A stretch of 64,000 nucleotides of DNA from Hemiscyllium ocellatum (GCF_020745735.1 NC_083409.1:12281423-12345422), one strand, 5' to 3'; positions 48,496 to 63,149 are shown, numbered from the stretch's first letter. Notes: generated by a model not told the origin, from the sequence alone. Numbers and translations: made by a program.

Positions 48496-50949
48496 TATAC
48501 ATTGACCACCTTCCCATAGAACCAGTAAACATGGACCTATTTCCACTGGAACCTCCAATAGACACCAATAAACATGGACCTCCTTCCCACTGGATGCTCC
48601 AGAAGAGACCAGTAAACATGGGCCTCCTTCTCTCGAGACTATCCAGTACCTGAGCTGCAAACCGCACATCTTCTCCATCACGTAGGTCGTTTATTTCAAT
48701 CTCAGCGACATTGTCTGTCTCTGCACTACCTCAGCCTCTTGACCACAGAAAGTCCAATTCCTGCTCGTCCTGCCCCCTAACTCTATGATTACAATGTCCT
48801 CTCCCAGCGTACTGAAGCCATAAACCCTAACTTGTCTAATATGCAGTGGCCCCTTACCTGTCTTACTCATTTGTCATTCCAGAATGACCCCTGACCTCAC
48901 TGCCAGTCAATTGCCTCGATGACCTCCCTCCTCCCTCACTCTGTGTTCTGCTGCAGACTCACGTTCCCTCCCTCTCCCTTCCATCTTCTGTCTCTGGTCT
49001 ACTTCCGATTGCGGTTTACTCCATCCCACTATTGACAACAGAGCCTTCAGACCCCTTGAGCATGCTCTCTGACCTCCTGCCCTTCATCCCTTTCCCACTC
49101 AATGGTTGTGCTATTGAATATCCTGTTCAGTGCCATCACTTTTGGTTCACTGTTCCCTTGTCATTGATTTGATGAATTATTCCACATCAGTAAATCTAGT
49201 CTGGCCTGTTCCCTGAGTTGGTTCAAGAGTGTTTTCCTTGAGAGAAACACTCTTCTGTAAACTGGGTTGTCTGTTTCTCCCAGTCTTTGTGTAAAGGTGA
49301 GTCTAAGTGTGTGTGAGCTCTTATACAGAACAGACAGTGGTCACTGGGCCTATTGTGAGTGTCAGTCAAATGAGTCCAATGAGTCCCATTTCCTCAGCCC
49401 TTCCTGTATAACCCTGCAATTATTTCCTTTTCAGCTATTTCTCCAAATGCCCTTTTGAAAGTTGCTGTTGAATCCACTTCCACTCACCTTGCAGACAGTC
49501 ATCATGAACTCGCTGGATAAAAATGTTCCTATCTTCTCTCTTGTGCTTCAGACCCTTTCTGAAATGTGTGCCCTCTGGTTACTGACCCTCCTGCCTGGAG
49601 AAACAATTTGTCCTGTATTTACTGCATCCAGACTCTCTAATTGTGAACCCCTCATTGAGTGAGAACTATTTCCAGCACAGGGGGAGAACATTCAGCCTGT
49701 CAGGTAAATGCTGTCATTTCATGGAGCAATCCAGTCAGTCCCCTACTCGACCCCCAGAGCCTTGCAGGTTTATTTCCATCAAGAGCCCATCCAATCTGCC
49801 ATTGCAATCACTGAGTGTCTTCACCTGCCTCACCTGAATGGGCACTAATTTCCAATCATTACCAATTACTGCTTAAAACAAAATGCTCATTGCCCTTCGA
49901 TGTGAAGGGCACTGCTTGTCACAGGCCACTCGGGTGTTTTCCTACTTTTCCTGGTGGTGGAAATTGAATAAAGATTTGTACACCTTGTCTCCCACTGTGC
50001 CTCACACCTGCACACACACACCATGGGTGCTGGGGATAAAAATAATAAGCACTACCGCAGTTAGGCGGTAGTGTGGGGGTTAAGAAAAAAAAAGGAGTGT
50101 AGGAACACTGCTTGTCACTGGACCAAAAAAAAAGAAAAAGAAAAAAGAAAGAAAAGAAAAAAATAAACAGGAGTGTTTTGATGTGAAAAAAAAATAAAAC
50201 AAAATGCTTTCTGACAGCCCGTATCTCTTGCCCAACAGAATGTAAGGTATTCTTAATATGAAGTTGGGATTTTGTCTCCACACGGACTGTGCGGTGGTCA
50301 CTCTTACTGATACTGTCATGGACAGATACACCAGCAGCAGGAAGGTTGGTGAGGGTGATAGTGAATATGTTTTTCCCTCTTGTTGGTTCCCTCACCACCT
50401 GCCCCAGGTCCAGTCTAGCAGCTGAATCAGGTGGAGCGTGACCAGCTTGCTCAGTAGTGATGCTTCTGAGCAGCTCTTGATGGTGGGCTTTGAATTCCCT
50501 TACTCAGAGTATATCCTGCATCCTTCCCACCCTCAGTGCTCCCTCCAAGTGTTGGTCAACATGGAGGAGGACTGACTGCTCAGTTGAGGTTGGAGGGGAG
50601 GGCGGTGCTATGTGGTAATCAGCAGGAGGTTTCCTTCCCCATGTTTGACCTGCTGTCATGAGGCTTCATGGGTTCCATAGTTAATGGTGAGGACTCCCAG
50701 GGCAATTCCCTTCCGACTGCACTGAGTTGCCTCCCCTGCTTGGTCTATCCTGCCAGTTAAAAACAGAATGAGGGAATAATTCTGTGCAGGTTTCACAGCT
50801 TGGAGACAGAGCTGCTGCTGGATTCTGTTTCTGATCTCCGAGTGCAGGCGTGTGTGTTTGTGAGAGAGTGAGTGACACTTTTTCCATCACTGTGCTGTTT
50901 CTGCAAAAAGTAAATCCCACAACCAGCGTCCTGTGCTGTTAGATTCCAG

Positions 50950-51135
50950 GGAGTGCAGATGGTTCACAGTTTTCTCCCGTCTCAGTTGCAAACACCCAGC
51001 TGCTCCGAGCTCCTTCTTTCACTTCCTCTCTTGGTGAAGTTTCAACCTTGTGATCTGACAGGCTTTGCAGTTATTTTTTACACTGGGGCTTTCTGCTGTG
51101 GTCAGAATCTCTAATAATAAGTGTCCAATCAGTGA
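50950..51135. promoter_or_regulatory. Candidate lymphoid/myeloid regulatory element with Ets-IRF composite site
   Basis: GAGGAAGTGAAA on minus at 51017-51028 (GGAANNGAAA), E-boxes CAGATG 50956 and CAGCTG 50997, CCAAT ~51125, in sequence with no repeat I recognise. Confidence 0.4.
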
Positions 51136-51369
51136 CAATCACAGCAGCTAAGAGCAGTCAGGACTGAGGAGCCAGGCTCACTGTGAAACATATTGGGAAG
51201 ATCAAAGCCATCCTCTTCAGCTCGCGGTACAAACTCCATCCCTCTCCCTGAGCACTGTCTGCTGCTCAACCAGACTCTTTACAACCTTAGACTCATCTTT
51301 GAGGCTGATCTGAGCTCCACATCTCCATATCAGCCACAAAACATTTCAGCCATGTTTGTGGGACTCCAA

Positions 51370-51555
51370 AAATGACCACTCCAATGTTGTGGCTGATACA
51401 TATCAAAACCACAGCCCTCCGTAACCTTCAACTCGTCCCAATTTCTGTTGCCCATATCCAAGCTTGCACAAAGTCCCATTCCCCCAACTCCCTCTACCCC
51501 GTGTCTACATTGGCTTCTGGTCCAGCAACACCGCGAGTTTCAAATTCTTATCTTT
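51370..51555 (+). mobile_element. L2-type LINE 3' fragment, split by the young CR1 (continues 53317-53380)
   Basis: TALRNLQLVPISVAHI..TKSHSP / HWL / FKIL-like residues. caaattcttatcttt|gttctcaaatccctcc rejoins across the CR1. Confidence 0.7.
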
Positions 51556-53316
51556 AGACCATAAGACCATAAGACATAGGAGTGGAAGTAAGGCCATTCG
51601 GCACATCGAGTCCACTCAGTCATTCAATCATGGCTGATGGGCATTTCAACTCCACTTGCCAGCGTTCTCCCTGTAGCCCTTAATTCCTCGAGACAACAAG
51701 AATCTATTAATCTCGGCCTTGAAGACATTTAGTGTTCCGGCCTCCACTGCACTCCGTGGCAATGAATTCCACAGGCCCACCACCCTCTGGCTGAAGAAAT
51801 GTCTCCGCATTTCTGTTCTGAATTGACCCCCTCTAATTCTAAGACTCTGTCCACGGGTCCTTGTCTCCTCACCTAACGGAAACAATTTCCTAGCATCCAC
51901 CCTTTCCAAGCCACGTATTATCTTGTACGTCTCTATTAAGTCTCCCCTCAATCTTCTAAACTCCAACGAATACAATCCCAGGATCCTCAGCCGTTCCTCA
52001 TATGTTAGACCAACCATTCCAGGGATCATCCGTGTGAATCTCCACTGGACACGTTCCAGTGCCAGTATGTCCTTCCTGAGGTGTGGGGACCAAAACTGGA
52101 CACAGTACTCCAAATGGGGCCTAACCAGAGCTTTATAAAGTCTCAGTAGCACATTGCTGCTTTTATATTCCAACCCTCTTGAGATAAGAGACAACATTGC
52201 ATTCGCTTTCTTAATCACGGACTCAACCTGCATGTTTACCTTTAGAGAATCCACGACTAGCACTCCCAGATCCCTTTGTACTTTGGCTTTACTAATTTTC
52301 TCACCATTTAGAAAGTAGTCTATGCTTTTATTCTTTTTGCCAAAGTGCAAGACCTCGCACTTGCTCATGTTAAATTCCATCAGCCATTTCCTGGACCACT
52401 CTCCCAACCTGTCTAGATCCTTCTGTAGCCTCCGCACTTCCTCAGTACTACCTGCCTGTCCACCTAACTTCGTATCATCGGCAAACTTCACTAGAATGCC
52501 CCCAGTCCCCTCATCCAAATCATTAATATATAATGCGAATAGCTGTGGCCCCAACACTGAACCCTGCGGGACACCGCTCGTCACCGGCTGCCTTTCTGAA
52601 AAAGAACCTTTTATCCCAACTCTCTGCCTTCTGTTAGACAGCCAATCCTCAATCCATCCCAGCAGCTCACCTCGAACACCATGGGCCCTCACCTTGCTAA
52701 GCAGCCTCCCGTGTGGCACCTTATCAAAGGCCTTTTGAAAGTTTAGATAGACCACATCCACTGAGTTTCCCTGGTCCAACCTACTTGTTACCTCTTCAAA
52801 AAATTCCAGCAGGTTTGTCAGGCATGACCTCCCCTTACTAAATCCATGTTGACTTGTTCTAATCAAACTCTGCTCTTCCAAGAATTTAGAAACCTCATCC
52901 TTAATGATGGATTCTAGAATTTTACCAACAACCGAGGTTAGGCTAATTGGCCTATAATTTTCCATCTTTTGTCTTGATCCTTTCTTGAACAAGGGGGTTA
53001 CAACAGCCATCTTCCAATCATCCGGGACCTTTCCTGACTCCAGTGACTCTTGAAAGATCTCAACCAATGCCTCTGCTATTTCCTCAGCCACCTCTCTCAG
53101 AACTCTAGGGTGTATCCCATCGGGGCCAGGAGATTTATAAATTTTAAGACTGTTTAACTTTTCTAGCACTATCTCTTTCGTAATGGCAACCATACTCAAC
53201 TCAGCCCCGTGACTCCCTTTAATTTTTGGGATATTACTCATGTCTTCCACTGTGAAAACTGACGCAAAGAAATTGTTAAGTTCTCCTGCTATTTCCATAT
53301 CTCCCATCACTAGGCC
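51556..53316 (-). mobile_element. Young 5'-truncated CR1 LINE with uninterrupted RT frame (ORF 51646-53376)
   Basis: KSPGPDGIHPRVL, NYRPISLTS, QHGF, FQKAFDKVPH, GVPQGSVLGP, FADD, HLEYCVQFWSP, no stops. Microsatellite tail (taagacca)n at 51556-51577. ATCTTT target-site duplication at 51550-51555 and 53317-53322. Confidence 0.96.
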
Positions 53317-53599
53317 ATCTTTGTTCTCAAATCCCTCCCTGGCCTCCACCCTTCCTATCTCTGTCATTGCCTCCAAGTCACCTCACTCAGTGTGATCAAC
53401 CATCTTGGATAATTGGCTCTCCATTCCTTCATCCAAGCCATTGAGAAATATCATGAAATGCTGAGGTCCCTGCACAAATCCTTGGGGACACTATTATTCA
53501 CATCTTGCTCATTGGAGAGCACACACAGATAGCACACACCTCGCTGTCTGCTACATCCAAACTAATACCTGACCAAAGACAAATATTTTTCTTGAATTG

Positions 53600-55950
53600 G
53601 CTTGGTGGTAGGAAGCAGAGGGTAATAGTGAAAGGATGCTTGTCAGACTGGAGAGCTGTGACTTGTGGAAGGTTGTTATCGATATCAATAACTTGGATGA
53701 GAATCTGCAAGGCATGATTATTAACTGTACAGATGACATTACAATGGGTGGTATTGTGGAAGTTATCAGGTATTGCAACAGGACCTTGATTAGCTGGGGA
53801 AGTGGGAAGAGAAATGACAAATTAAATTTAATGTAGGTAAGTGTGAGGTCTTGCATTTTAGAAGTTAAATCAAGATAGGAGTTTCATGGTGAATAGTAGG
53901 GCCTTAAGGAATGTAGTGGAACAGAGGGACCTTGGAGTTCACTGAAAGTTGAGACACGGTGAGACAGGACAGTGAGGAAGGCTTTTCGCACACTGGCCTT
54001 CATCAGTCAGGGCACTGGGTACAGAAGTTGGGAAGTTATGTTGCAGTTGTACAGAATATTGGTGAGGCCGCACTTAGAGTATTGTGCTTAGTTTTGGTCA
54101 CCTTGTTATAGGAAGGAGATTATTAAGCTGGAAAGAGTACATGAGAAATTTACAAGGATGTTGTCTATACTCAATGATCTGAGTTATTGGGAGAGATTTG
54201 TCAAGCTGGGAATTTTTTCTTCGAGTGTGGGAGCCTGGGGGGGGGGGGGGGGGGGATCTGACAGAAATGTATAAAATCATGCGGGATATGGATAGGGTGA
54301 ATGCACTGTCTTTTTGTCAGGGTTGGGGAATCGAGCACAAGGGGGTATCAGTTTCAGGTTAGAGGGGAAAGAATAAAAGGGAACCTGAGGGGCAACTTGT
54401 TTACACAGAGGATGGTACCCATATGGAATGAGCTGTCAGTGGAAGTAATTGAGATGGGTACATTAACAACATTTAACAGGCCACTGAACAAATACATAGA
54501 CAAGCAAAACGTTTGAAGGATGTGGGCCAAGGGAAATGGGGTTAGCATGGATGGACATTTTGGTCAGCACGGTCCAGTTTGGGCCAAAGGGTCTGTCTCT
54601 GTGCTGTAGGACTCAATGGCTATAAGACTCTATAATTCCATATGTTTTCATGTTTATGAACAGTCTCTCAAATATAGAAACCAAGGAACTAGGAGCAGGA
54701 GGAGGCTATTTAGCCCTTTGAGTTGGCTCTGCCATTCAATATGACCATGACTGACCATCCAACTTCGTCCCTGTTCCCACTTTCACCCCAGAACCTTTAA
54801 TCCCTTTAGTCCTAAGAACTATACCTATCCACTTCTTGAAAACATTTAATGTTTTGGTCTCAACTGCTTTCTGTGACAGAATATTCCACTAGCTTCCCAC
54901 TCTCTGGCAAAAGAAATGTCTCTTCCTCTCAGTCTGAAATGGCCTTTCCCTTTTTGTTAAATTCCTGGTTCTGGATTCTCCAGTCATTAGGAACATCCTT
55001 CCTGTGTTTTTCCGATCTTGTCCTGTTAGGATTTTACAGCTTTCAATGTGATTCCTCTCAATCTTCTAACCTCCAGTGAATATAGTCCAAGCCAATCCAG
55101 TTTCTCATCAGATCTAAGCGCTGTCATCCAGGAATCAGTCTGGTAAACCTTCACTGCCCTCCCTCCACAGCCAGAACATCATTTCTCAGATAATCAGTCC
55201 AAAACTGCACGCAATAAAATCATAAAATCACACTGTACAGAGAGGCCCTTCAGCCCATTAACTGTGTACCAGCCAAACTACACTAATCCTATACCAGTCC
55301 CACTTTCCAACATGAGGCCCATAGCTTGAATGTTATGACATTTCAACTGGCCATCCAAGTACGTTTTAAAGTTTGTGAGATTTCCCACCTCAACTACTCT
55401 CCCAGGCTGTGCATTCCAAACCACCCCATTCTCCCTCTGTGCTTAAAACATTTTCATCAAATCATTTTGAAACATCCTTTCTTTCACATTGAATGTGAGC
55501 CAACTTGTTATTGACCCTCCCATGAAGGAGAACAGCTGCTTTCTCTCCTCCCTGTCCATTCCCCTCATAACCTTATACACCTCTATCAGGTCCCCCTTCC
55601 ACCTTCACTGCTCTGAAGAAAACAACCTAAGCCGATCCAATTTCTCTTCATCACTGAGAGGTTCCATCCCACGCAACATCCTGGTGATTCCCCTCTGCAC
55701 CCCATCCAGTGCAACCACATCTTTCCTACAGTGTGGTGACCTGAACTGCACACAGTACTCCAGCTGTGACCTTACCAATGTTCTGCTTAACTGCAGCATA
55801 TCCTTCTGCTTTTATAACCAATACCTGAAATGACAAAGGCAAGTCTACCATATGCCTTCATCACTGCTCTGTTAACCTGCCTTGCCACATTCAGCGATCA
55901 GTGGACAAGCACCCAAGATCACGCTGTTCCTTTGAGGTTCCTCAGTTCAA
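53600..55950. mobile_element. Cluster of CR1 3' fragments (53600-54640 +, 54670-55950 -)
   Basis: RPHLEYC-like, FTQRMV, RSQLEYCVQFRSPH motifs and CR1 tails. Confidence 0.75.
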
Positions 55951-56283
55951 AGAACAAAGAACAAAGAAAACTACAGCACAGACTCAGACCCTTTGGCCCT
56001 CCAAGCCTGTGCCAATCCAGATCCTCTACCTAAACTAGCTATCAATTTTCCAAGGATCTGTATCCCTTTACTCCCTGCCCATTCATGTATCTGTCTAGAT
56101 ACATCTTTAATGGTGCGATCGTGCCTGCCTCTACCACCTCCACTGTCAACAAGTCCCAGGCACCAACCACCCTCTGCGTAAAGAACTTTCCACGCATTTC
56201 TCCCTTAAACTTTTCCCATCTCACCTTGAACTCATGACCCCTATTAATTGAGTCCCCACTCTGGGAAAAAGTTTCTTGCTATC

Positions 56284-56322
<39 letters not shown>

Positions 56323-59300
56323 ATGATTTTGTAGATCTCAAGCAGATCTCCCCTCAACCTTTGACTTTCTCATGAAAATAATCCTAATCTACTCAACCTC
56401 TCTTCATAACTAGTGCCCTCCATACCAAGAAATCCTTGTGAACCTCCTCTGCACTCTCTCCAAAGCATCCATATTCTTCTGGTAATGTGGTGATTAGAAT
56501 TGTACGCATTATTCCAAAGGTGGCCAAACCAAAGTCCGATATAATTCTAACATGACCTACCAACTCTTGTACTCAGTACCCTACCCGATGAAGGAAAGCA
56601 GGCCATATACCTTCTTGACCACTCTATCGACCTGTGTTGCCACCTTCAGGATACAATGAACCTGAACACCCAGATCTCTCTGTACATCAATTTTCCCCAG
56701 GGCTTTCCATTCACTGTATAGTTCACTCTAGAATTGGATCTTCCAAAATTCATCAGTTCGCATTTACCCAGATTGAACTCCATCTGTCCCATTCTCTGTC
56801 CAACTCTCCAATCTATCTGTATTCTGCTGCATTCTCTGACAGTCCCCTTCACTATCTGAAACTCAACCAATCTTAGTGTCATCTGCAAACTTGCCAATCA
56901 GACCACCTATACCTTCCGCCAGATCATTTATGTACATCACAAACAACATGGATCCCTGTGGGACACCACTGGTCACAGGTCTCCACTTTGAGAAACTCCC
57001 TTCCACTACTACTCTCTGTCTCCTGTTGCCCAGCCTGTTCTCTGTCCATCTGGCTAGTACACTCTGGACCCCATGGGACGTTCATTTCTCCATCAGACTA
57101 TCATGGGGAACTTTGTGAAACACCTTACTGAAGTCCATGTATATGACAATGACAGCCCTTCCCTCATCAATCAACTTTGACATTTCTTCAAAGAATTCTA
57201 TTAAGTTGGTAAGACATGAAATTCCTTGCACAAAATCATGCTGCCTATCATTGATAAGTCCATTTTCTTCCAAATGTAAATAAATCCAATCCCTCAGTAT
57301 CTTCTCCAGCATCTTCCCTACCACTGATGTCAGGCTCACCTATCCATAATTACCTGGATTATCCTGGCTCCCTTTCTTAAACAAGGGGACAACATTTGCA
57401 ATTCTCCAGTCCTCTGGGATCTCCGCCATGTTCAAGGCAGCTACAAAGATATCTGTTAAGGTCCCAGCTATTTCCTCTCTCGTTTCCCTCAGTAACCTGG
57501 GATGGATCCCATCCAGATCTGGCTTGTCCACCTTAATGCCTTTTAGAAGACCCAACACTTCCTCGCTCCGTATGCCGACTTGACCTAGAGTAATCAAACA
57601 TCTATCTCTAACCTCAACATCTATCTTTTCCCTCTCCTTGGTGAATACCGACACAAAGTACTCATTCAGAATCTCACCCATTTTCTCTGACTCCATGCCT
57701 AACTTTCCTCCTTTATCCTTGACTGGGCCAACCCTTTCTCTAGTCACCCTCTTGTTGCTTATATATGAATAAAAGGTTTTGGGATTTTCCTTAACCCTGT
57801 TTGCTCATGAGCTTTCATGACCCCTTTTCGCCTTTCTAATTCCTCTTTTCAGATTGGTCCTATTTCCCAATATTCTTCCAAAGCTTCATCTGTTTTCAGC
57901 CACCTAGACCTTATGTATGCATCTTTTTTCCTCTTAGCTTGTATCACAATTTCACCTGTCATCCAGGATTCCCTAATCTTACCATTTCCAGCCCTTATTT
58001 TTACAGGGACATGTCTGTCCTGCACTCTAATCAACCTCTCTTTCAAACCCTCCCACATATCAAATATGGATTTACCTTCAAACTTCTGCTCCCAGTCTAC
58101 ATTCCCATCATCTGCCAAATTTTGGGATAGTTGGCCTTCCTCCACTTTCGCCCTCTTCCTTTAGGACCACTCTCTTCTTAATCCATGAGCATTCTAAAAC
58201 TTATGAAATTGTGATCACTGTTCCCAAAACAATCCCTGACTGAGATTTCAACCACCTGGCCGGGCTCATTCCCAAACACCAGGTCCAATATGACCCCTTT
58301 CTGAGATGGACTATTTACATACTGCTCTATAAAACCTGCCTGGATGCTCCTTACAAATTCTGCTCCATCTAAACCTCTAACTCTCAGTGAATCCCAGTCA
58401 ATGTTGGGAAATTTAAAATTTCCCATCACCACCACATTATTGCTCCTGCATCTTTCCATAATCTGTTTCCATATTTGTTCCTCTATCCCATGCTCACTGT
58501 TGGGAGGCCTGTAGTACAGCCCCAACATTGTTACCACATCCTTCCTATTTCTGCGCTCTGCCCATATTGCCTTACTGCTTGAGTCCTCCATAGCGCCCTC
58601 CTTCAGCACAGCTGTGATATCCTCTCTGATCTGTAATGTAACTCTTCCACCCCATTTTACCCCCGTCTCTATCCAACCTGAAGCATCCATATCCTGGGAT
58701 AATTATTTGCTGAGCTTGTCCTTCCTTCAGCCAACTCTCAGTAATAGCAATAACATCATACTCCCAGGTACTAATCCAATCCCTGAATTCCTCTGACTAA
58801 CCTATCACATTTCTCACATTAAAACAAATGCACCTCAGACTACCTGTCGCTTTGCATTCTTCATCTTCCCTCTGCCTATTCTTCCCCTTCGTCACGCTGA
58901 CTTCATTATCTAGTTCCTTACAGGCTTTAGTTACTGCCTCCTTACTGTCCACAAACCACCTCATTTTGTTCCCTTCCCCCTGCCATATTTGTTTCAACCC
59001 TCCCCAAGAGCATGAGCAACAGCACCCACTAGGACATTGGCTCCAGTCCTGCCCAGGTATAGACGGTCTGATTTGTAATAGTCCCACTTCCCCAGAACCG
59101 GTTCCAATGTCCCAAAAATCTGAAACTCTCCCCATTGCACCATCTCTCAAGCCACTCATTCATCCTGTCTATTCTTTCATTTCTACACTGACTAGCAAGT
59201 GGCACTGGTAGCAATCCTGAGATTACTACCTCTGAGGTCCTACTTTTAACTTGACTCTGAACTCCTTAAATTCTGCTTTTAGGACCCCATCCCATTTATT

Positions 59301-59935
59301 ATCAAATCATTGGTGCCTGTATGCACCATGACAGCTAGCTGTTCACCCTCCCCCTTCAGAATGTCCTGCAGCCGATCAGAGTCATCCCTGACCTGTGCAC
59401 CTGGGAGACAACATACCATTTGAAGTCTCGTTTTCAACTACAGAACCACCTATCTACTCCCCTTAAAATTAAATCCCTGATGATTATAGCCCTTCAACAC
59501 TTTTTACTGCCCTTCTGTACAGCAGAGCCAGCCATGGTGTCATGAACCTGGCTCCAGCTGCCTTCCCCTGGTGAGCCAGCTCCCCCAACAGTATCCAAAA
59601 CAGTCGACCTGTTTTGGAGGGAGATGAACACAGGGGACTCCTGCACTGCTTCCTGCTCTTTCTCTGCCTTTTGGTCGCCGATTCCCATTCTCCCTCAGCA
59701 GTCCTAATCTGCAGTGTGACCAACTCACTAAACGTGCTATCCACGACCCCCTCAGAATCATGGATGATCCAAAGTGAGTCCATCCACAACTCCAGAGCCG
59801 TCATGTGGTCTAACAGGAGTTGCAGCTGGTCACACTTCCTGCACATGAAGAAATCAAGGACATCAGCTGCATCCCCGAGTTCCCACATTGAGCAAGATGA
59901 GCAGAACACAGGTCTGGGATCTCCTACCATTTTTA
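55950..59935 (-). mobile_element. Near full-length decayed CR1 (ORF1 esterase region, endonuclease, RT, 3' tail)
   Basis: CSSCSMWE...CRKC ORF1 start (59484-59930); GLYYRPPN...GDF-like FPNIDWD...LDLVFGN...SDH endonuclease (58178-58690); RT fragments 56300-57750; (aaagaac)n tail at ~55950. Confidence 0.9.
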
Positions 59936-62702
59936 GCCTTGAGATTAACTTAATCCAACTAGTCCTGCTATTTATCAAATCCCTTGTCTTGTTCCTTTTT
60001 CCCAAGTCCATCACCTCACATTTATCTGGGTTAAATTCCATCTGTTTCTGATCTGTCTGTCTGACCAATCCGGTTACATCCTCCTGCAACCTCCTTCTTT
60101 CACCAGGCCATTCTCCATGTTATCTTCAAACTTACTTATCATCCCCAGTCACATTATCATCTACATTGTTTCTATATATCACAACTGAAAAGAGACCCAG
60201 TAGTGATCCCTGTGGTATGCCACTGAACACTGGACTCCAGTAACACAAACAGCTTTCTGCCTCATCCCCTGTTTCCTGTCACTGAGTCAATTTGGAATTG
60301 AATACTCCAGGTGTGATCTCACCAAGGCTCTGTACAATTGCAGCAAGACATGCCTGCTCCTGTACTCGAATCCTCTCACTCTGAAGGCCAACATCCCATT
60401 TACCTTCTTCATTGCCTGCTGCTCCTGCACACTGACTTTCAGTGACCTATGTACAGGGACACCCAGGTCTCATTGCACCTCCCCTTTCCAAATCTATCAC
60501 CATTCAGAAAATAATCTGCCTTCCCATTTTTACTATTAAACTGGGTAACCTCACATTATATTTCATCTGCAATTCTCTCAACTTCTCCGAATCACACTGA
60601 GGTATCTCTGCCTTCTCCTCACAGCTCACCCTTCCACCCAGATTGGTGCCATTTACACACTTGGAGATATCATTCTTAAGTTCCTTCTTTTAAATTATTC
60701 AGATATATATTCGTGAATAGCTGGGATCCAGGTCTATGATGCCCCATTAGTAACTATCTGTCATTCTGAAAAATGCCTATTTATTTCGACTCTTTGTTTC
60801 CTGTCTGGTGACCAGTTCTCCCTCCATGTCTATATGCTACTCACACTCACATGAGCCTTAATTTTACAGATTAACATCTTACCTTGGACTTATCAAAAGC
60901 CTTTCGAATGTCCAAACAAACCACATCCATTGTCTCTCCCTTCTCAACTCTACTCGCTACATCCTCAAACAATTCCAGTCGAGTTGTTAATCATGATTTC
61001 CCTTTCAACATGCCATGCTGACTCTGTCCAATTCTGTCATTGTTTTCTCAGAGCTAAGCAAAAAATATTTTATCATGAACTTTCTCCACTGCTGATGTCT
61101 GTTTAATTGGTCTAAATTTCTCTATTTTTTTTCTTTCTCTCTCTCTTTTTCAATTAACGTGTTACATTAGCTGCCCTCCACTCTGTAGGACCTATTCCAC
61201 AAACAGATAGCCATCAATGTTTCCAATACTTTACAACCATGTCCTGAAGTACTCTGGAAAACAGCTTATTTGTCCCTACTGATTTAACAAACTTTAATTT
61301 TTGCAGAATCATTTCCCTCCAAAAACTGATTTCGTTCAGTATCTTGCTCTGACAAAGCCTTGGGGTCAATAACATTTTTGAGATATATTTGAGAATTCAT
61401 TTGTGCGAAAGGTTCAGAATAAGTTTATAATTGGTCTTCGTCTCTTTGTTTCAATTAGAACATAATAACAGTTGTGTGGAACTTTGTTTTAGATTAGATT
61501 CTCTGCAGTGTGGAAACAGGCCCTTCGGCCCAACACGCCCACAACACCCTCTGAAGAGTAACCCACCCAGACCCATTTCCCTCTAACTGATGCACTTAAC
61601 ACTATGGACAATTTAGCATGGCAAATTCACATGATCTGTACATCTTTGGACTGTGGGAGGAAACCGGAGAACCCGGAGGAGACCCGCGAGAATGTGCAAT
61701 CCACACAGTCGCTCAAGGCTGGAATCGAACCTGGGACTGTGGTACTGTGAGACAGCAGTGCTAACCATTGAGCCATCGTGCTGCCCTAAATTCTTCAAAT
61801 GTCATCTGGAAGTCCAAATAAACAGCATCCATTGGCATTCCCTTATCTCACACATTAGTGACCTCTTTAAAAAATGTAACAAGGTTAGTTAAAGATGTCT
61901 GACCATTTTTAAATCCATGCTGACTCTCTCTGAGCAGTTCATATTTGTCAGACATTCTGAATCTAAAACCAGATTCAATCACTTCCCAACAAGAGACATT
62001 CAATGGAGATATTCATTGTGAATGAAGGTAGTAAACAGCTAGCACTGACATGAGGGACTGAACAGCCTCCTCCTGTACTGGAACCTTCTCTGTCACCTTG
62101 ACTGAAGCATTCAGATAGGAACAGGAGCTGGGCTGCAGCTTCAACAATGAGTTCAATGTGGACAGATGGAGTGTCATTAATGGGGAATACAGTGTACATT
62201 GTGTCCAGGAGCCTCTCGAATCGATGCCTTTCTCTTTCTCCCTTTTCAGCTCCAGGGCTGGCATGAAGGAGCTGAAAGAATCTTTGGTGAAGAAGTTTCT
62301 GGAATGTAAGGGCTATGTGAAGGGTTTCAAACATGACTAATGATTGCAGCTCCTTGTTCAGTCTTCTCCCTCACCACTGATCTCGCCATGTAACCTCCTG
62401 TCACACTGAGTGACATTGCAATCAATATCATAGTGCCGGTGCCAGCAAACAACAGCACCACAGTCTGACCCACAGGGACAGGCATCACTGTCTGACATCA
62501 AAGAATGGAGCCTGAATCCCCTCCTCCCATGCTCATAAACCCTACAGCATTGAAAATATACTGACACCCAGCCCCTTCGATTAAACATTGACCCACAGAG
62601 AACTCCTTCAGAGGTTGAAGTCAGCATCGACACTGAGAGAGGAGAGGGAGAGATGGGGTGAGGCAAAGACAAAGAGAAGGAAGGGGAAAGAGAGAGAGCA
62701 AA

Positions 62703-62736
<34 letters not shown>

Positions 62737-62743
62737 GGAGAGA

Positions 62744-62782
<39 letters not shown>

Positions 62783-63149
62783 CTCCTCCCTCCCTTCCTC
62801 CCAGACAATGCTCTGTCTGACTGGATTCTCATTGTTGCATTTTCCCAATTCTGGAGGAGACTCCACCTTCAGATCCAAAATTCCAGCACATTCTTAATTC
62901 CTTTATTCAGATATGGCGAATAATGATGGATATTTGGAGTGTGAGTTTGAAGAAGTAAATGTGGACCATTGCAGCAAAGACATTCCCGATGGTTTGTACG
63001 ACAGCAAAGCCCAAACCACAGCATTGTGTCAATCGACACAAAACTCATGAAAGCTTCAATAAAAATGGTTATTAATGTGATTCTCAGAGATATATCATTA
63101 TTCTAGTTACAAATGACTCTTTCCCAGTGAAGGGGTCCATCCTGCTGAA

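Noticed and set aside
61975-62340. ERERHRF bHLH-like start on minus and an acceptor-preceded short ORF on plus
   Set aside because: Spacing does not fit bHLH and I recognise no family for either frame.
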